This document shows, piece after piece, positions 27,872 to 38,256 of a stretch of 45,023 bases of DNA. The notes below the pieces were generated by a model, which saw nothing but the letters and a program-made list of their open reading frames with translations, was not told the DNA's origin and searched no databases. This DNA comes from Flavobacterium sp. GTDB lineage: Bacteria; Bacteroidota; Bacteroidia; Flavobacteriales; Flavobacteriaceae. The stretch covers positions 1-45,023 of the forward strand of contig JAGNTC010000002.1 of assembly GCA_017987725.1 (NCBI GenBank), read 5' to 3'. The stretch's first letter is position 1. Each line of letters begins with the position of its first letter. Position numbers and translations under genes: made by a program.

Positions 27872-29149
27872 TTATAATTTTCCGTCGGCTACATCGCCTA
27901 ATATTCCTTTTACATCGTACACAATGCTGTGTGATTTTTTGAATTTGGCATAATCCAATCCCAAAAACTCGTTATGTGCAACGCCTAAAACGATTGCATC
28001 AAATTGCCCACTAGGCAAGTTTTGTGTAGTCACTAAGTTGTATTCGTGCGCCACCTCAGCTGGATTGGCCCAAGGATCGTAAATGTTTACTTGAATGCCA
28101 TACTCTTGCAAGGCCTGAATGACATCTACAATTTTGGTATTGCGCACATCGGGGCAATTTTCTTTAAAGGTGATACCCAACAACAAAACCGAAGAACCGT
28201 TAATGCTCACGCCTTTTTTGATCATCAATTTCACCACCTGCGAGGCCACGTATTCGCCCATGCTGTCGTTGAGTCGACGGCCGGCCAATATGATTTCGGG
28301 ATGATAGCCTACTTCTTGTGCTTTTTGCGCCAAATAATACGGATCAACACCTATGCAATGTCCGCCCACCAAACCTGGTTTAAAAGGTAAGAAATTCCAT
28401 TTAGTAGCCGCAGCAGCCAATACGTCTTGGGTATTGATGCCCAATACATTGAATATTTTGGCCAATTCATTCACAAAGGCAATGTTGATGTCTCGTTGCG
28501 AATTTTCGATCACTTTGGCGGCTTCAGCTACCTTGATGGTGGGCGCCAAATGCGTTCCGGCAGTGATCACGGTTTTGTATAAATCGTCTACTCGTTTTCC
28601 GATTTCGGGCGTAGAACCCGAAGTTACTTTGAGAATTTTATCGACGGTATGTTCTTTGTCTCCCGGATTGATGCGCTCGGGTGAATAGCCCGCAAAGAAA
28701 TCAACGTTGAATTTCAGTCCACTAATTTTTTCCAAAACCGGCACACATTCTTCTTCGGTCACGCCAGGATACACGGTAGATTCGTAGATCACAATGTCGC
28801 CTTTGCGCAACACTTTGGCCACAGTTTCACTCGATTTATACAAGGGCGTCAAATCGGGACGGTTGTTTTTGTCTACCGGCGTTGGAACCGTGATGATATA
28901 CACATTGCAGTGTTCGATATTTTGCAATTGATTGCTGCAATACAAGCCGTTTTCATCTGAAGGACTTGCTACCAAAACAGCTTTTAAATCGGCAGCAGCT
29001 ACTTCTAGAGTTTTATCTTCGCCTTGGTTGAGTTCGGCAATACGCGTAGCATTGATGTCAAATCCCACTACAGGAAATTTAGTCGCAAACAAACGCGCCA
29101 AGGGCAATCCCACATAGCCTAAACCAATTACTGCAATTTTTGTATTCAT
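27872..29149 (-). CDS. Nucleotide-sugar dehydrogenase (UDP-HexNAc C6 dehydrogenase, TviB/WbpO-like)
   Basis: Motifs GLGYVGLP, ESTVYPG, YSPERINPGD and PGLVGGHCIGVDP. Confidence 0.93.
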   Translation of the reverse strand: MNTKIAVIGLGYVGLPLARLFATKFPVVGFDINATRIAELNQGEDKTLEVAAADLKAVLVASPSDENGLYCSNQLQNIEHCNVYIITVPTPVDKNNRPDLTPLYKSSETVAKVLRKGDIVIYESTVYPGVTEEECVPVLEKISGLKFNVDFFAGYSPERINPGDKEHTVDKILKVTSGSTPEIGKRVDDLYKTVITAGTHLAPTIKVAEAAKVIENSQRDINIAFVNELAKIFNVLGINTQDVLAAAATKWNFLPFKPGLVGGHCIGVDPYYLAQKAQEVGYHPEIILAGRRLNDSMGEYVASQVVKLMIKKGVSINGSSVLLLGITFKENCPDVRNTKIVDVIQALQEYGIQVNIYDPWANPAEVAHEYNLVTTQNLPSGQFDAIVLGVAHNEFLGLDYAKFKKSHSIVYDVKGILGDVADGKL

Positions 29150-29161
29150 CTTTTAATTGTT

Positions 29162-30553
29162 TTATGACCCAATGGCTTGGTATACAAAGCCAATTTTTTC
29201 GAGTGCATTTTTGTCTAATAAATTTCTACCGTCAAACACAAAGGCCGGTTTCAGCATCGAATTGTAAATCTGGTGCCAATCGTAACTCTTGAATTCATCC
29301 CATTCGGTCAATACGGCAATGGCATGGGCACCTTTACAGGCATCATAGGCATCCTTGTAGACCTTGGTATATTTTTCGTTTTGGGCAGCCGATCTTGTTT
29401 CCAAGTAATTCAAATCGGCTAACACTTGGGCCTCTTCTACTTTAGGATCATAAACCGCAATTTTGGCTTGTTCGTGTATTAAATCATCTGCCACATAAAT
29501 CGCCGCTGATTCGCGGGTATCGTTGGTGTCCTTTTTGAAGGCCCAACCCAAGAACGCGATTTTTTTATCGGCAACCGTATTGTACAAGGTGCGCACAATC
29601 GAATTCGAAAAACGACGTTTTTGGTGGTCGTTCATGATAATTACCTGCTCCCAATAATCGGCTACTTCATGCAAACCATAGGATTTGGCAATGTAAACCA
29701 AATTTAAAATGTCTTTTTGGAAACACGATCCACCAAACCCAACCGAGGATTTCAAAAACTTGGAACCGATGCGACTGTCCATCCCAATGGCTTTGGCTAC
29801 TTCGTTTACATTGGCCCCTGTTTTTTCGCACAATTCAGAGATGGCATTGATAGAAGATACGCGTTGTGCTAAAAAAGCATTGGCCGTTAATTTGGATAAC
29901 TCCGACGACCAAACATTGGAACGAATGATTCGATCGGGCTGTACCCAATGCATATATACTGAAGCCAAGGCCTCGATGGCTTGTTGTCCTTCGGGTGTTG
30001 GATCACCTCCGATGAGCACACGATCGGGTTGGAATAAATCTTCGACGGCGGTTCCCTCGGCCAAAAATTCGGGATTGGATAAAATTTGAAATTGAACACC
30101 GTTTCCGGTATTTTCTAATATGCTTTTAATCGCACCAGCTGTACGCACAGGCAAGGTCGATTTTTCAACTACGATTTTATTGGTGGTCGAAACACGAGCA
30201 ATTTGACGGGCACACAATTCGATGTATTTCAAATCGGCGGCCATTCCTTTTCCAGCACCATAGGTTTTCGTGGGTGTATTCACCGAAATAAAAATCAATT
30301 CGGCATCGTCAATGGCTTGATCCACTTGGGTAGAGAAAAATAAATTTCTTCCACGGGCTTCGGCAACCACCTCACTTAAACCCGGTTCATAAATGGGTAT
30401 TTGGGTTACATCTTCATGATTCCATTGGGCAATACGGCTTTCGTTTAAATCGACCACGGTTACTTGAATGTGGGGACATTTTTGGGCAATGACGGCCATG
30501 GTAGGTCCTCCTACATAACCTGCGCCGATACAACAAATTTTAGTAATCTTCAT
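29162..30553 (-). CDS. ugd: UDP-glucose 6-dehydrogenase
   Basis: Motifs [33 protein letters not shown] and AFKKDTND. Confidence 0.95.
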   Translation of the reverse strand: MKITKICCIGAGYVGGPTMAVIAQKCPHIQVTVVDLNESRIAQWNHEDVTQIPIYEPGLSEVVAEARGRNLFFSTQVDQAIDDAELIFISVNTPTKTYGAGKGMAADLKYIELCARQIARVSTTNKIVVEKSTLPVRTAGAIKSILENTGNGVQFQILSNPEFLAEGTAVEDLFQPDRVLIGGDPTPEGQQAIEALASVYMHWVQPDRIIRSNVWSSELSKLTANAFLAQRVSSINAISELCEKTGANVNEVAKAIGMDSRIGSKFLKSSVGFGGSCFQKDILNLVYIAKSYGLHEVADYWEQVIIMNDHQKRRFSNSIVRTLYNTVADKKIAFLGWAFKKDTNDTRESAAIYVADDLIHEQAKIAVYDPKVEEAQVLADLNYLETRSAAQNEKYTKVYKDAYDACKGAHAIAVLTEWDEFKSYDWHQIYNSMLKPAFVFDGRNLLDKNALEKIGFVYQAIGS

Positions 30554-30574
30554 AATTCGTGCTTCTGTTTTAAT

Positions 30575-31546
30575 TTATTTCAAATGTTGCCAATACCAGG
30601 CAACGGCTTCTTTTAGTCCGGTTGTAATGGAAAACTGGGGATTATAGCCCAGTAAATTCTTGGCTTTGTCAATACTGGCCAAGGAATGCGGAATATCACC
30701 ATTTCGGTTAGGTCCATAGACCACTGCAACATCCGCGATTTTGGGATCCCATTCGGTTAGGTATTCTTTTAAATAATGAACCAATTCATTCAAGGTGGTT
30801 CGGTCGCCAAAAGCCGTATTGTAAACTGTATTGATGGCTTCTGGATTTTGCGTAGTAATCGCAAGATGATTCATTTGAATCACATTGTCGATGTAGGTAA
30901 AATCACGGGAATAATTGCCGTCGCCATTGATAACGGGGCTTTCGTACTTCATGAACTGCATTACAAATTTGGGAATTACCGCTGCATAAGCGCCATTGGG
31001 ATCCTGTTTGCGACCAAACACATTAAAGTAACGCAAGCCAATGGTTTCAAGACCATAGGTTTTACTAAAAATATCAGCGTACAATTCATTCACATATTTG
31101 GTGATGGCATAAGGCGACAAAGGCTTACCGATGACGTCCTCAACTTTGGGCAAACTGGCCGAATCGCCATAGGTAGACGAACTGGCTGCATACACAAAGC
31201 GTTTTACTTTTTCGTCACGCGCAGCCACTAACATATTTAGAAACCCAGACACATTTACTTCGTTACTGGTTATGGGATCATTGATTGATCGGGGTACTGA
31301 GCCCAATGCCGCTTGATGTAACACATAATCTACCTCTTTAACCGCCAATTGGCAATCGGCTAGGTTGCGAATATCGCCTTCGATTAAGGTAAAGTTGGGA
31401 TCTTGCAAACAAGAAGTTAGGTTATGTCGGTGACCCGTGGCAAAATTATCCAAGCACACCACCTGGAACTGTTGCGATAAAAAGTATTCACACAAATTAG
31501 ATCCAATGAATCCGGCACCTCCCGTAATGAGTATTTTAGTTTGCAT
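30575..31546 (-). CDS. UDP-GlcNAc(A) 4-epimerase-like SDR (WbpP/TviC family)
   Basis: Motifs [34 protein letters not shown] and RYFNVFG. Confidence 0.92.
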   Translation of the reverse strand: MQTKILITGGAGFIGSNLCEYFLSQQFQVVCLDNFATGHRHNLTSCLQDPNFTLIEGDIRNLADCQLAVKEVDYVLHQAALGSVPRSINDPITSNEVNVSGFLNMLVAARDEKVKRFVYAASSSTYGDSASLPKVEDVIGKPLSPYAITKYVNELYADIFSKTYGLETIGLRYFNVFGRKQDPNGAYAAVIPKFVMQFMKYESPVINGDGNYSRDFTYIDNVIQMNHLAITTQNPEAINTVYNTAFGDRTTLNELVHYLKEYLTEWDPKIADVAVVYGPNRNGDIPHSLASIDKAKNLLGYNPQFSITTGLKEAVAWYWQHLK

Positions 31547-31547
31547 C

Positions 31548-34004
31548 TTAAGATTTCAATTTGCTCCAAATGGACTTTAAAAAAGATTCCGATTTTTCTG
31601 CTTCGTGGTAGCCGTTCGAGTAATTGCCGTAGCCATAACCATATCCGTAGCCATAACCGTAGCCCGTTCCATACTTGGCCTTATTTTGATAACCATTGAG
31701 CACAATACTGATGTTGGTCAACTCCCCTCTTTTGTGACGGTTGTTGAGCATGGTTACCATGTCTTTTTTGGTGTAGTTTTGGCGCATAATATACAAACTC
31801 ACGTCCACATATTCGTCGAGTTCTAAGGCATCTGACACCAAACCTACCGGCGGAGTATCCAAAATAATGTAGTCATAACGCGACTTTAATTCCTCCATGA
31901 ATTTTTTCATGGTATCGCCAATAATCAATTCTGAAGGATTTGGCGGAATGGGTCCAGAAGTGATTACATCCAAATAGGGTATTTGTGTTTTTTGGATCAC
32001 CTCATCCATGTTTTTTTGACCAATCAAGTAATTTACCACACCAATTTCGTTGGTGGTATTGAAATCATCAAAAATTTTGGGTTTACGCAAATCCAGTCCC
32101 ACAATGACTGTTCTTTTCTCGCTTAGGGCAAAAACCGTCGCGATATTCAATGAACAAAATGTTTTTCCTTCTCCACTGATCGAGGAAGTGAGCATGATGG
32201 TTTTCGTTCCTTCGATCTCGTGTTTTTTATACAAAAACTGCAAGGACGATCGAATGGCTCTAAAGGATTCAGACAAGGCCGATTTGGGTCGTTCAAAAAC
32301 CGCCAAATTGGATTGCGATTGTTTCAAGCCTATAACACCAATAATTGGAATTGAGGTTAAATTAGTAATGTCCTCGGTATTTAAAATCGCATTTTCCATA
32401 AAGAAGATGCCAAACACAATCAACAAGGGAATTAAAATCCCCATAAAAAAGGCAATCACGTAGTTCACACTGGTATTGGGCCCGATGAGTCCGCCGCCGG
32501 TATCTTTGGCCGAATCGATAAAATGAATATCCGATAAATTGGCCGCCTTTACAATTTCAGCTTCGCTGCGCTTTTGCAAAAAGGTGTTGTAAATGTTATC
32601 GCTTAAATCGTATTTACGTGAAATTTTAAGGTACTCTTGTTTGTCTTCCGGCAGTTGTTTGATGTCGTTTTCTATCTTTTGAATTTTACTGTTCACCAAC
32701 ACCAAATCATACTGAAACGCACTGCCGATGGAGCTGACATTTTCAAGTAACACCTTTTTGACGGCCTCCATTTGACTGTCAAATTCTTGAAATATTTTTT
32801 CGCTTTTTACCGAATAGGCCAACTGGGAACGCTGTGCCGAAAGCCCAATTAATTTTGCCACATTACTCACAATGTTGGGATCATCTATTCCAGCAACTGT
32901 GGGTGCTGGAAGTTTGGAGTAATCTACGCTATTGCGCAAATACGATTTCAAACTGTTGCAATACGCAATTTTGCGGTTGATTTGATCGCGTGTTACATCG
33001 TATTCTAGCAGTTGACTGGCAATGTTTTCGCCACCTTTTTCAATTTCAACAATGTTGTTGCGTTTGTTAAACGTAGTCAATTCATCACCCGTTTCTTTGA
33101 GTTGGTTGCCCATTGAAACAAGCGTGCTGTCAATGAATTCGATGGTATTGGTAGCAAATTGGTTTTTGCGATCCAATTGGGTCTTGATGAGCGTATGAAC
33201 AGTAGTATTTAAATAATTTACAATTCTATTTTTATTGGGCCCTTGCATAGAAAGCACCAAGATAGAGGCTGCCTTTGGATCAATTTCTACACTAATGTTT
33301 TGGCCTTTTTGGACCACTTCATCAAAATTGTTAAACCGAACAAAATAGGTTTTTCCCTTTAATTGCTCGCCTTGTGACACCGATTCCAACTTCCAATTTA
33401 AAAACGGGAGTTGAACCTGTTCTCCCAGCTGGTATTGTTTTTTGAACTCGCCTGGGACTACTGCTGCATCACCTTTGCTGTGATTTCCATAATACATGAG
33501 TGGAGCAGTCGCGTTTTCAAATGGAATGCGCAGCTCATAGGTTGAAGCTGAAACAAACGTAATCTCAATTAAACTATGGAGCAATTGACCTTTTAATTTG
33601 TCAATGGTGAGCGCAAATGGCACATCGCCGTACACGTCTTTGTAGTTGTAATCCCCTTTTTGCAAGTAATCCACATAAAACTGCAGTTCGTCTACAACCA
33701 ATTCGTTGTGTGATCTTGATTTTAAGGTATTTGATATGTTTTGCACTTGATCAGATGATCCACCCCAATTAAAAACCAAACTGGTATTGGAGGTAAAGAA
33801 TGGATTGTTTTCTTCTTTGATCGCGATAGACGTTTGCAGCGCATATATTTTTTGCTTTCGAATATTCACCTGATAGGCAATCGAAAACGTAATGGCTAAA
33901 CTAATTAGAAACCACTTCCAGTAACTGACAATCTTGATCAAAAAGCCTTTGAAATCAAAGCTATTTTGGTTTTCGAAAAAGGAAAAGTCTTTGGTATCTA
34001 TCAT
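31548..34004 (-). CDS. wzc: Polysaccharide co-polymerase / BY tyrosine autokinase (Wzc), copy 2
   Basis: Walker [17 protein letters not shown] and ILDTPP; tail YGTG(YG)6NYSNGY. Confidence 0.95.
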   Translation of the reverse strand: MIDTKDFSFFENQNSFDFKGFLIKIVSYWKWFLISLAITFSIAYQVNIRKQKIYALQTSIAIKEENNPFFTSNTSLVFNWGGSSDQVQNISNTLKSRSHNELVVDELQFYVDYLQKGDYNYKDVYGDVPFALTIDKLKGQLLHSLIEITFVSASTYELRIPFENATAPLMYYGNHSKGDAAVVPGEFKKQYQLGEQVQLPFLNWKLESVSQGEQLKGKTYFVRFNNFDEVVQKGQNISVEIDPKAASILVLSMQGPNKNRIVNYLNTTVHTLIKTQLDRKNQFATNTIEFIDSTLVSMGNQLKETGDELTTFNKRNNIVEIEKGGENIASQLLEYDVTRDQINRKIAYCNSLKSYLRNSVDYSKLPAPTVAGIDDPNIVSNVAKLIGLSAQRSQLAYSVKSEKIFQEFDSQMEAVKKVLLENVSSIGSAFQYDLVLVNSKIQKIENDIKQLPEDKQEYLKISRKYDLSDNIYNTFLQKRSEAEIVKAANLSDIHFIDSAKDTGGGLIGPNTSVNYVIAFFMGILIPLLIVFGIFFMENAILNTEDITNLTSIPIIGVIGLKQSQSNLAVFERPKSALSESFRAIRSSLQFLYKKHEIEGTKTIMLTSSISGEGKTFCSLNIATVFALSEKRTVIVGLDLRKPKIFDDFNTTNEIGVVNYLIGQKNMDEVIQKTQIPYLDVITSGPIPPNPSELIIGDTMKKFMEELKSRYDYIILDTPPVGLVSDALELDEYVDVSLYIMRQNYTKKDMVTMLNNRHKRGELTNISIVLNGYQNKAKYGTGYGYGYGYGYGYGNYSNGYHEAEKSESFLKSIWSKLKS

Positions 34005-34011
34005 CTCTGGC

Positions 34012-34800
34012 TTATTTCAATAAAATAAAGGTGGTTGTAATCAGCGTGAGTAAAGTGAGTACTGTACTTAAGGATTCTAAACCTGTTTTACCCGTTCCCC
34101 ACGATTTTTGTTTGAGTGGCTTTACATAGATGTAGTCGTTGGGTTGTACATAAAAATAGGGCGATTGCAATGCCTTGATGTCTGTTAAATCAATCTCGTG
34201 CATTTCTGAACCTTGCGGCATTTGACGTAAAACCGAAACCGCTTTTCGATTGCCAGTCATGGTAATGTCCCCTGCGCTGGCCAGTGCCTCTAGCAAAGTG
34301 AGTTTCTCTTTGTATTCTACTTTTAATCCCGGTTGAACCACCTCGCCATTTACGGTATAGCGCAATCCTGCAAGTTTCACCGAAACAAAAACATTGGCTT
34401 CTTTTGTAAAATATTCGCCAAGCAATTGGCTCTCAATTTTTAAACGTACTTCTTCAAGTGTGTAGCCCAATACGGGTACTTCTCCCAAAACGGGCATTCG
34501 TATTGCGCCGTGTTCATTTACCGTATAACCATCAAAATATAAGCTTTGTTCGGTTTTGTTGAGTTGCGCCGTTTGTTCAGAGGATTTAAACACTTCCACC
34601 AATTTAGGGTCGCTGGCTTTAATTACAACACTGATAATATCATTGACTTGTAAACGGTAGGGTTTGTTGGCAATAGGCTGCAATACAGTTGACGCATCAG
34701 AAGAACTAGCTGTTTGAAGGTAAATTAAGTCTTTTGTTGGCACACAAGAAGCAAGGAGTAAACCCAACACACAGATGTAGCAATAGCGTAATTTTGTCAT
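34012..34800 (-). CDS. wza: Polysaccharide export lipoprotein (Wza family), copy 2
   Basis: Lipobox LLASC, YRLQVND, VNGEV and TLLEALASAGD. Confidence 0.93.
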   Translation of the reverse strand: MTKLRYCYICVLGLLLASCVPTKDLIYLQTASSSDASTVLQPIANKPYRLQVNDIISVVIKASDPKLVEVFKSSEQTAQLNKTEQSLYFDGYTVNEHGAIRMPVLGEVPVLGYTLEEVRLKIESQLLGEYFTKEANVFVSVKLAGLRYTVNGEVVQPGLKVEYKEKLTLLEALASAGDITMTGNRKAVSVLRQMPQGSEMHEIDLTDIKALQSPYFYVQPNDYIYVKPLKQKSWGTGKTGLESLSTVLTLLTLITTTFILLK

Positions 34801-34826
34801 CTATTTTTCTAAAAAAAATTAGCACA

Positions 34827-34856
34827 CAAATATAGGTTTTCCCCACTAATATCAAA
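34827..34856 (-). promoter_or_regulatory. Probable main promoter of the EPS locus
   Basis: Minus-strand TTTG (34856-34853), an 18-nt spacer, then TATATTTG (34834-34827), close to the Bacteroidota -33/-7 consensus. Confidence 0.6.
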
Positions 34857-34877
34857 AGCGCGGCGGGTTATTTTAGC

Positions 34878-35498
34878 CTAGTTGTTTTTGAGGGAATTTT
34901 CAAATGGAATACGGTTTACAATACTGCGTCCCAATGTCACTTCATCGGCGTATTCTAGTTCGTCTCCCACTGCAATTCCTCGGGCAATGGTGGAGGTGAT
35001 AATGGCCGATTCTTGAATTTGTTTGTAGATGTAAAAATTGGTCGTATCGCCTTCCATGGTTGAGCTGAGGGCAAATATCAACTCTTGCACATCACCCTTT
35101 TTTACTTTTTCGACCAAGGATGTGATATTTAATTGCGCGGGACCAACGCCATCAATGGGTGAAATCTTACCTCCCAACACATGGTAAATCCCTTTAAACT
35201 GTCGCGTATTTTCAATAGCCATCACGTCACGAATGTCTTCAACCACACAAATGAGTTGGTGATTTCGAGCGGGATTGGCGCATATTTCACAGGTAGAAAA
35301 ATCAGAAATATTGTGGCAGGAATTGCAAAACTGCACATCTTCACGCGCCGCTTGCAAGGCCGTCGTTAAAAATTGGGTATGTTCTTTTGGTTGTTTGAGC
35401 AAATGCAAGACCAAACGCAAGGCCGATCGTTTGCCAATACCCGGCAATTGCGCCATCTCGTGCACGGCCCTTTCTAGTATTTTTGAAGAGAATTCCAT
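34878..35498 (-). CDS. recR: Recombination mediator RecR
   Basis: HhH motif LPGIGKRSA, zinc finger CNSC...CEIC, Toprim motifs CVVE, YHVLGG and GDELEYAD. Confidence 0.97.
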   Translation of the reverse strand: MEFSSKILERAVHEMAQLPGIGKRSALRLVLHLLKQPKEHTQFLTTALQAAREDVQFCNSCHNISDFSTCEICANPARNHQLICVVEDIRDVMAIENTRQFKGIYHVLGGKISPIDGVGPAQLNITSLVEKVKKGDVQELIFALSSTMEGDTTNFYIYKQIQESAIITSTIARGIAVGDELEYADEVTLGRSIVNRIPFENSLKNN

Positions 35499-35502
35499 GC
35501 CG

Positions 35503-35510
35503 CAAAAATA
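35503..35510 (-). promoter_or_regulatory. -7 promoter box 4 nt upstream of the recR ATG
   Basis: Minus-strand TATTTTTG-CGGC-ATG. Confidence 0.5.
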
Positions 35511-35614
35511 GCGAATTTGAATTTTGGAACGTTGAAAAATCAGATGTTAGCCTGAAATTAATCTTTGTGAGTTAATCATCGATTGCGTATTTTGGCCAAA
35601 CTAAACCAACCCTT

Positions 35615-37117
35615 ATGTCGGCAGCAACTATTCTCACGATTATCATCCTCTATTTTGGCGTTTTGTTTCTGATTTCGCATTTCATGAGCAAGAAAGATTC
35701 CAGCAACGAGGCGTTTTTTAAGGCCAATAAAAATTCAAAATGGTACTTGGTAGCCTTTGGAATGATTGGCACAGCGCTTTCCGGCGTGACGTTTATCTCC
35801 GTGCCTGGTGAAGTAGGCAACCCCGATTTGCAATTCAAATACTTTCAATTTATTTTGGGAAATGCGGTTGGTTTTATACTCATTGCCACGGTATTGCTTC
35901 CCTTGTACTACCGCATGAATTTGACTTCTATTTACAGCTACATCGAGCAACGCTTGGGCGTAATTAGTTACAAAACAGCTGCGAGTATTTTTTTGCTGAG
36001 CCGCACCATTGGCTCTGCCTTCCGACTCTATTTGGTGGTTATTGTGTTGCAACGCTATGTGTTTGATTATTACGCCATCCCATTTGCGATAACCGTTTTG
36101 CTTTCCTTGGCCTTAATTTTTGCCTATACCTACCGCGGCGGACTCAAAACCATCATCATTACCGATACGCTGCAAACTTTTTTCTTGGTCTCTTCGGTGT
36201 TTTTAACCATTTTCATCATTTGCAACACCCTCAATTTCAGCCCAGTTGAGGCATTCGAAGCCATCAAACACAGTAATTATTCCAAGGTATTTTTCTTTGA
36301 AGATTACCTGAAAGGAACCTATTTCTGGAAACAGTTTATTGGTGGAATTTTCGTGACCCTTGCCATGGTAGGGTTGGATCAAGATTTGATGCAAAAAAAC
36401 CTGAGTTGTGCCAACATCAAAGACGCCCAAAAAAACATGTTTACGTTTACCGGAATATTTATTGTGATTAATATATTTTTCTTGAGTGTGGGAGCCTTGT
36501 TGTACATGTATGCCGCTCAAAACAACATCAGCGTACCCACCGATTTGGCCACTGGCAATCCGCGAACTGATTTGTTGTTTCCCGAAATTGCCTTTCACCA
36601 TCTGAGTGTCATTCCATCCATCATTTTCTTATTGGGGCTTACCGCCGCTACGTTTGCCACCACCGACAGTGCCCTAACAGCTTTAACTACCTCCTTTTGT
36701 GTGGATTTCTTGGGTATGGACAAAGCCGAAAACAGCCATAAAACCAATGTAGTAAAAACCCGTCACTGGGTGCACATCGGATTTTCGGTCTTGTTATTTT
36801 TGGTGATTTTGATCTTTAACGCCATCAATGACGCCTCGGTGGTGAGCATCATTTTTAAAATTGCTTCCTACACTTATGGACCCTTATTGGGTTTGTATGG
36901 ATTTGGACTATTTTGGCAGACCAAAACGGTTAAGGACAAATGGGTTCCGTTTGTGTGTTTGGTTGCTCCTTTGCTTTGTTTTTTCTTGACCAAATACAGC
37001 AGTATGCTCGTGGGCGCTTATGTATTTGACACCGAAATCATTTTGATAAACGGCTTACTCACCTTTGTTGGACTTTGGCTAATTAGCAAACCGGCTACAG
37101 GTCAAACCAAATTCTAG
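35615..37117 (+). CDS. Sodium:solute symporter (SSS family), substrate unknown
   Basis: Motifs SGVTFISVPG, GGLKTIIITDTLQ, GLDQDLMQK and TTDSALTAL; many transmembrane segments. Confidence 0.92.
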   Translation: MSAATILTIIILYFGVLFLISHFMSKKDSSNEAFFKANKNSKWYLVAFGMIGTALSGVTFISVPGEVGNPDLQFKYFQFILGNAVGFILIATVLLPLYYRMNLTSIYSYIEQRLGVISYKTAASIFLLSRTIGSAFRLYLVVIVLQRYVFDYYAIPFAITVLLSLALIFAYTYRGGLKTIIITDTLQTFFLVSSVFLTIFIICNTLNFSPVEAFEAIKHSNYSKVFFFEDYLKGTYFWKQFIGGIFVTLAMVGLDQDLMQKNLSCANIKDAQKNMFTFTGIFIVINIFFLSVGALLYMYAAQNNISVPTDLATGNPRTDLLFPEIAFHHLSVIPSIIFLLGLTAATFATTDSALTALTTSFCVDFLGMDKAENSHKTNVVKTRHWVHIGFSVLLFLVILIFNAINDASVVSIIFKIASYTYGPLLGLYGFGLFWQTKTVKDKWVPFVCLVAPLLCFFLTKYSSMLVGAYVFDTEIILINGLLTFVGLWLISKPATGQTKF

Positions 37118-37479
37118 TATTGATTGGTTGCCAATAAAACCAAAGTACAGGCCACCTCAACCGCAATGCCATTGCTTTGCAACAATTGATAAAACTGCGG
37201 ATTTTCGGTGCCCGGATTAAACACCACGCGTTTGGGCTTGGCCTCGATGATGTAATTGTAATAATCCCGTTGACGAATCGGATTTAAGTAGAGGGTAACC
37301 GTATCTATGTTTTTAATGGGAATCAATTTGGTTTGGATTTTAATACCACTCACTTCGCCGGCATGTTGCCCAATGGCCAAGACCGAATGACCTTTGGCTA
37401 CCAAACTTTCAATGGCTTTGTAGGCATAGCGTTCAGGCTTTGTGCTAGCACCCAGAACTAAGGTTTTTTTATTTTTCAT
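37114..37479 (-). CDS. CoA-binding protein (YccU-like)
   Basis: Motifs LVLGASTKPERYA, DTVTLY, FNPGTEN and ACTLV. Confidence 0.9.
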   Translation of the reverse strand: MKNKKTLVLGASTKPERYAYKAIESLVAKGHSVLAIGQHAGEVSGIKIQTKLIPIKNIDTVTLYLNPIRQRDYYNYIIEAKPKRVVFNPGTENPQFYQLLQSNGIAVEVACTLVLLATNQY

Positions 37480-37483
37480 GCTG

Positions 37484-37512
37484 CAAAACTACAAAATTGG
37501 TTGCCGTGCCAA
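37484..37512 (-). promoter_or_regulatory. Promoter of the CoA-binding protein gene
   Basis: Minus-strand TTG (37512-37510), an 18-nt spacer, then TAGTTTTG (37491-37484), 4 nt before the ATG. Confidence 0.55.
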
Positions 37513-37541
37513 TTTATTTTAGCCCAATATGTTTTTAGTTA

Positions 37542-37549
37542 TACCTTTG
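37542..37549 (+). promoter_or_regulatory. -7 promoter box upstream of marC
   Basis: TACCTTTG, 31 nt before the ATG. Confidence 0.55.
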
Positions 37550-37580
37550 TGCCAGCATCGATGCTTAATTTTAGTCTACA

Positions 37581-38204
37581 ATGGAATTATTTATCTACCT
37601 CTTTTTTGCTCTTTTCTCTGTGTTGAATCCCATTGGCACCATTCCTATTTTTGTGGGACTTACCCAAGATTATACTCAAAAAGAGCGCGCTAGAGTTTCG
37701 TTAAAAACTTCCATTAATGTGTGTGTGATTTTGCTCATCTCTTTTTTTGTAGGCCAATATGTGCTCAGTTTTTTTGGTATAACCATCACGGCCTTACGCA
37801 TCGCTGGAGGAATCATCATTGCCAGTTCGGGCTTTTCATTGCTTAACGGACAATTCAACAAAAACAAAGGGATCAATAAAAAAGTAGAAGTAGAAATTCA
37901 AAACCGAAACGACATTGCTTTAACTCCATTGGCCATGCCCATGTTAGCTGGACCAGGTTCGATATCGCTTTTAATAGCCTATTACCAAGAACACCATGCC
38001 CCCGACGAAATAATTATCTCGAGTTTGGCTATTATTGTGGTTGCTGCTTCGATTTATTTTGTGTTGCGCAGCGCCCATTATTTAGCAAATTTCTTGGGCT
38101 CTTCAGGTATTGTAGCCATATCACGCATCATCGGATTTTTGACCATTGCGATTGGTATCCAATACATTATCAGCTCCATTTTGAGTATCATCCGAGGGAT
38201 ATAA
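37581..38204 (+). CDS. marC: MarC family (NAAT) membrane protein
   Basis: Motifs LNPIG, RIAGGII, PLAMPMLAGPGSI and RIIGFL. Confidence 0.92.
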   Translation: MELFIYLFFALFSVLNPIGTIPIFVGLTQDYTQKERARVSLKTSINVCVILLISFFVGQYVLSFFGITITALRIAGGIIIASSGFSLLNGQFNKNKGINKKVEVEIQNRNDIALTPLAMPMLAGPGSISLLIAYYQEHHAPDEIIISSLAIIVVAASIYFVLRSAHYLANFLGSSGIVAISRIIGFLTIAIGIQYIISSILSIIRGI

Positions 38205-38242
38205 AAAATCCAACCACAGCAGAGGGATTGGATTATTTTTAT
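38203..38242. terminator. Possible bidirectional terminator
   Basis: AATCCAA...TTGGATT imperfect stem flanked by A and T tracts, between convergent genes. Confidence 0.45.
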
Positions 38243-38256
38243 ACAAAACGGTTAAC

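Noticed and set aside
31608-31673. 17-nt match (ccgtagccataaccata) between the two wzc tails as a recombination or deletion substrate
   Set aside because: It is explained by shared YG coding and is too short to support a claim of homologous recombination.
35615-37117. Symporter as a SiaT-like sialic acid importer linked to the neu genes
   Set aside because: It lies about 34 kb from the neu genes among housekeeping genes, has no nan catabolic neighbours, and its substrate cannot be read from motifs.
37114-37117. Convergent genes sharing a CTAG stop overlap
   Set aside because: This is a common compact arrangement with no further signal.
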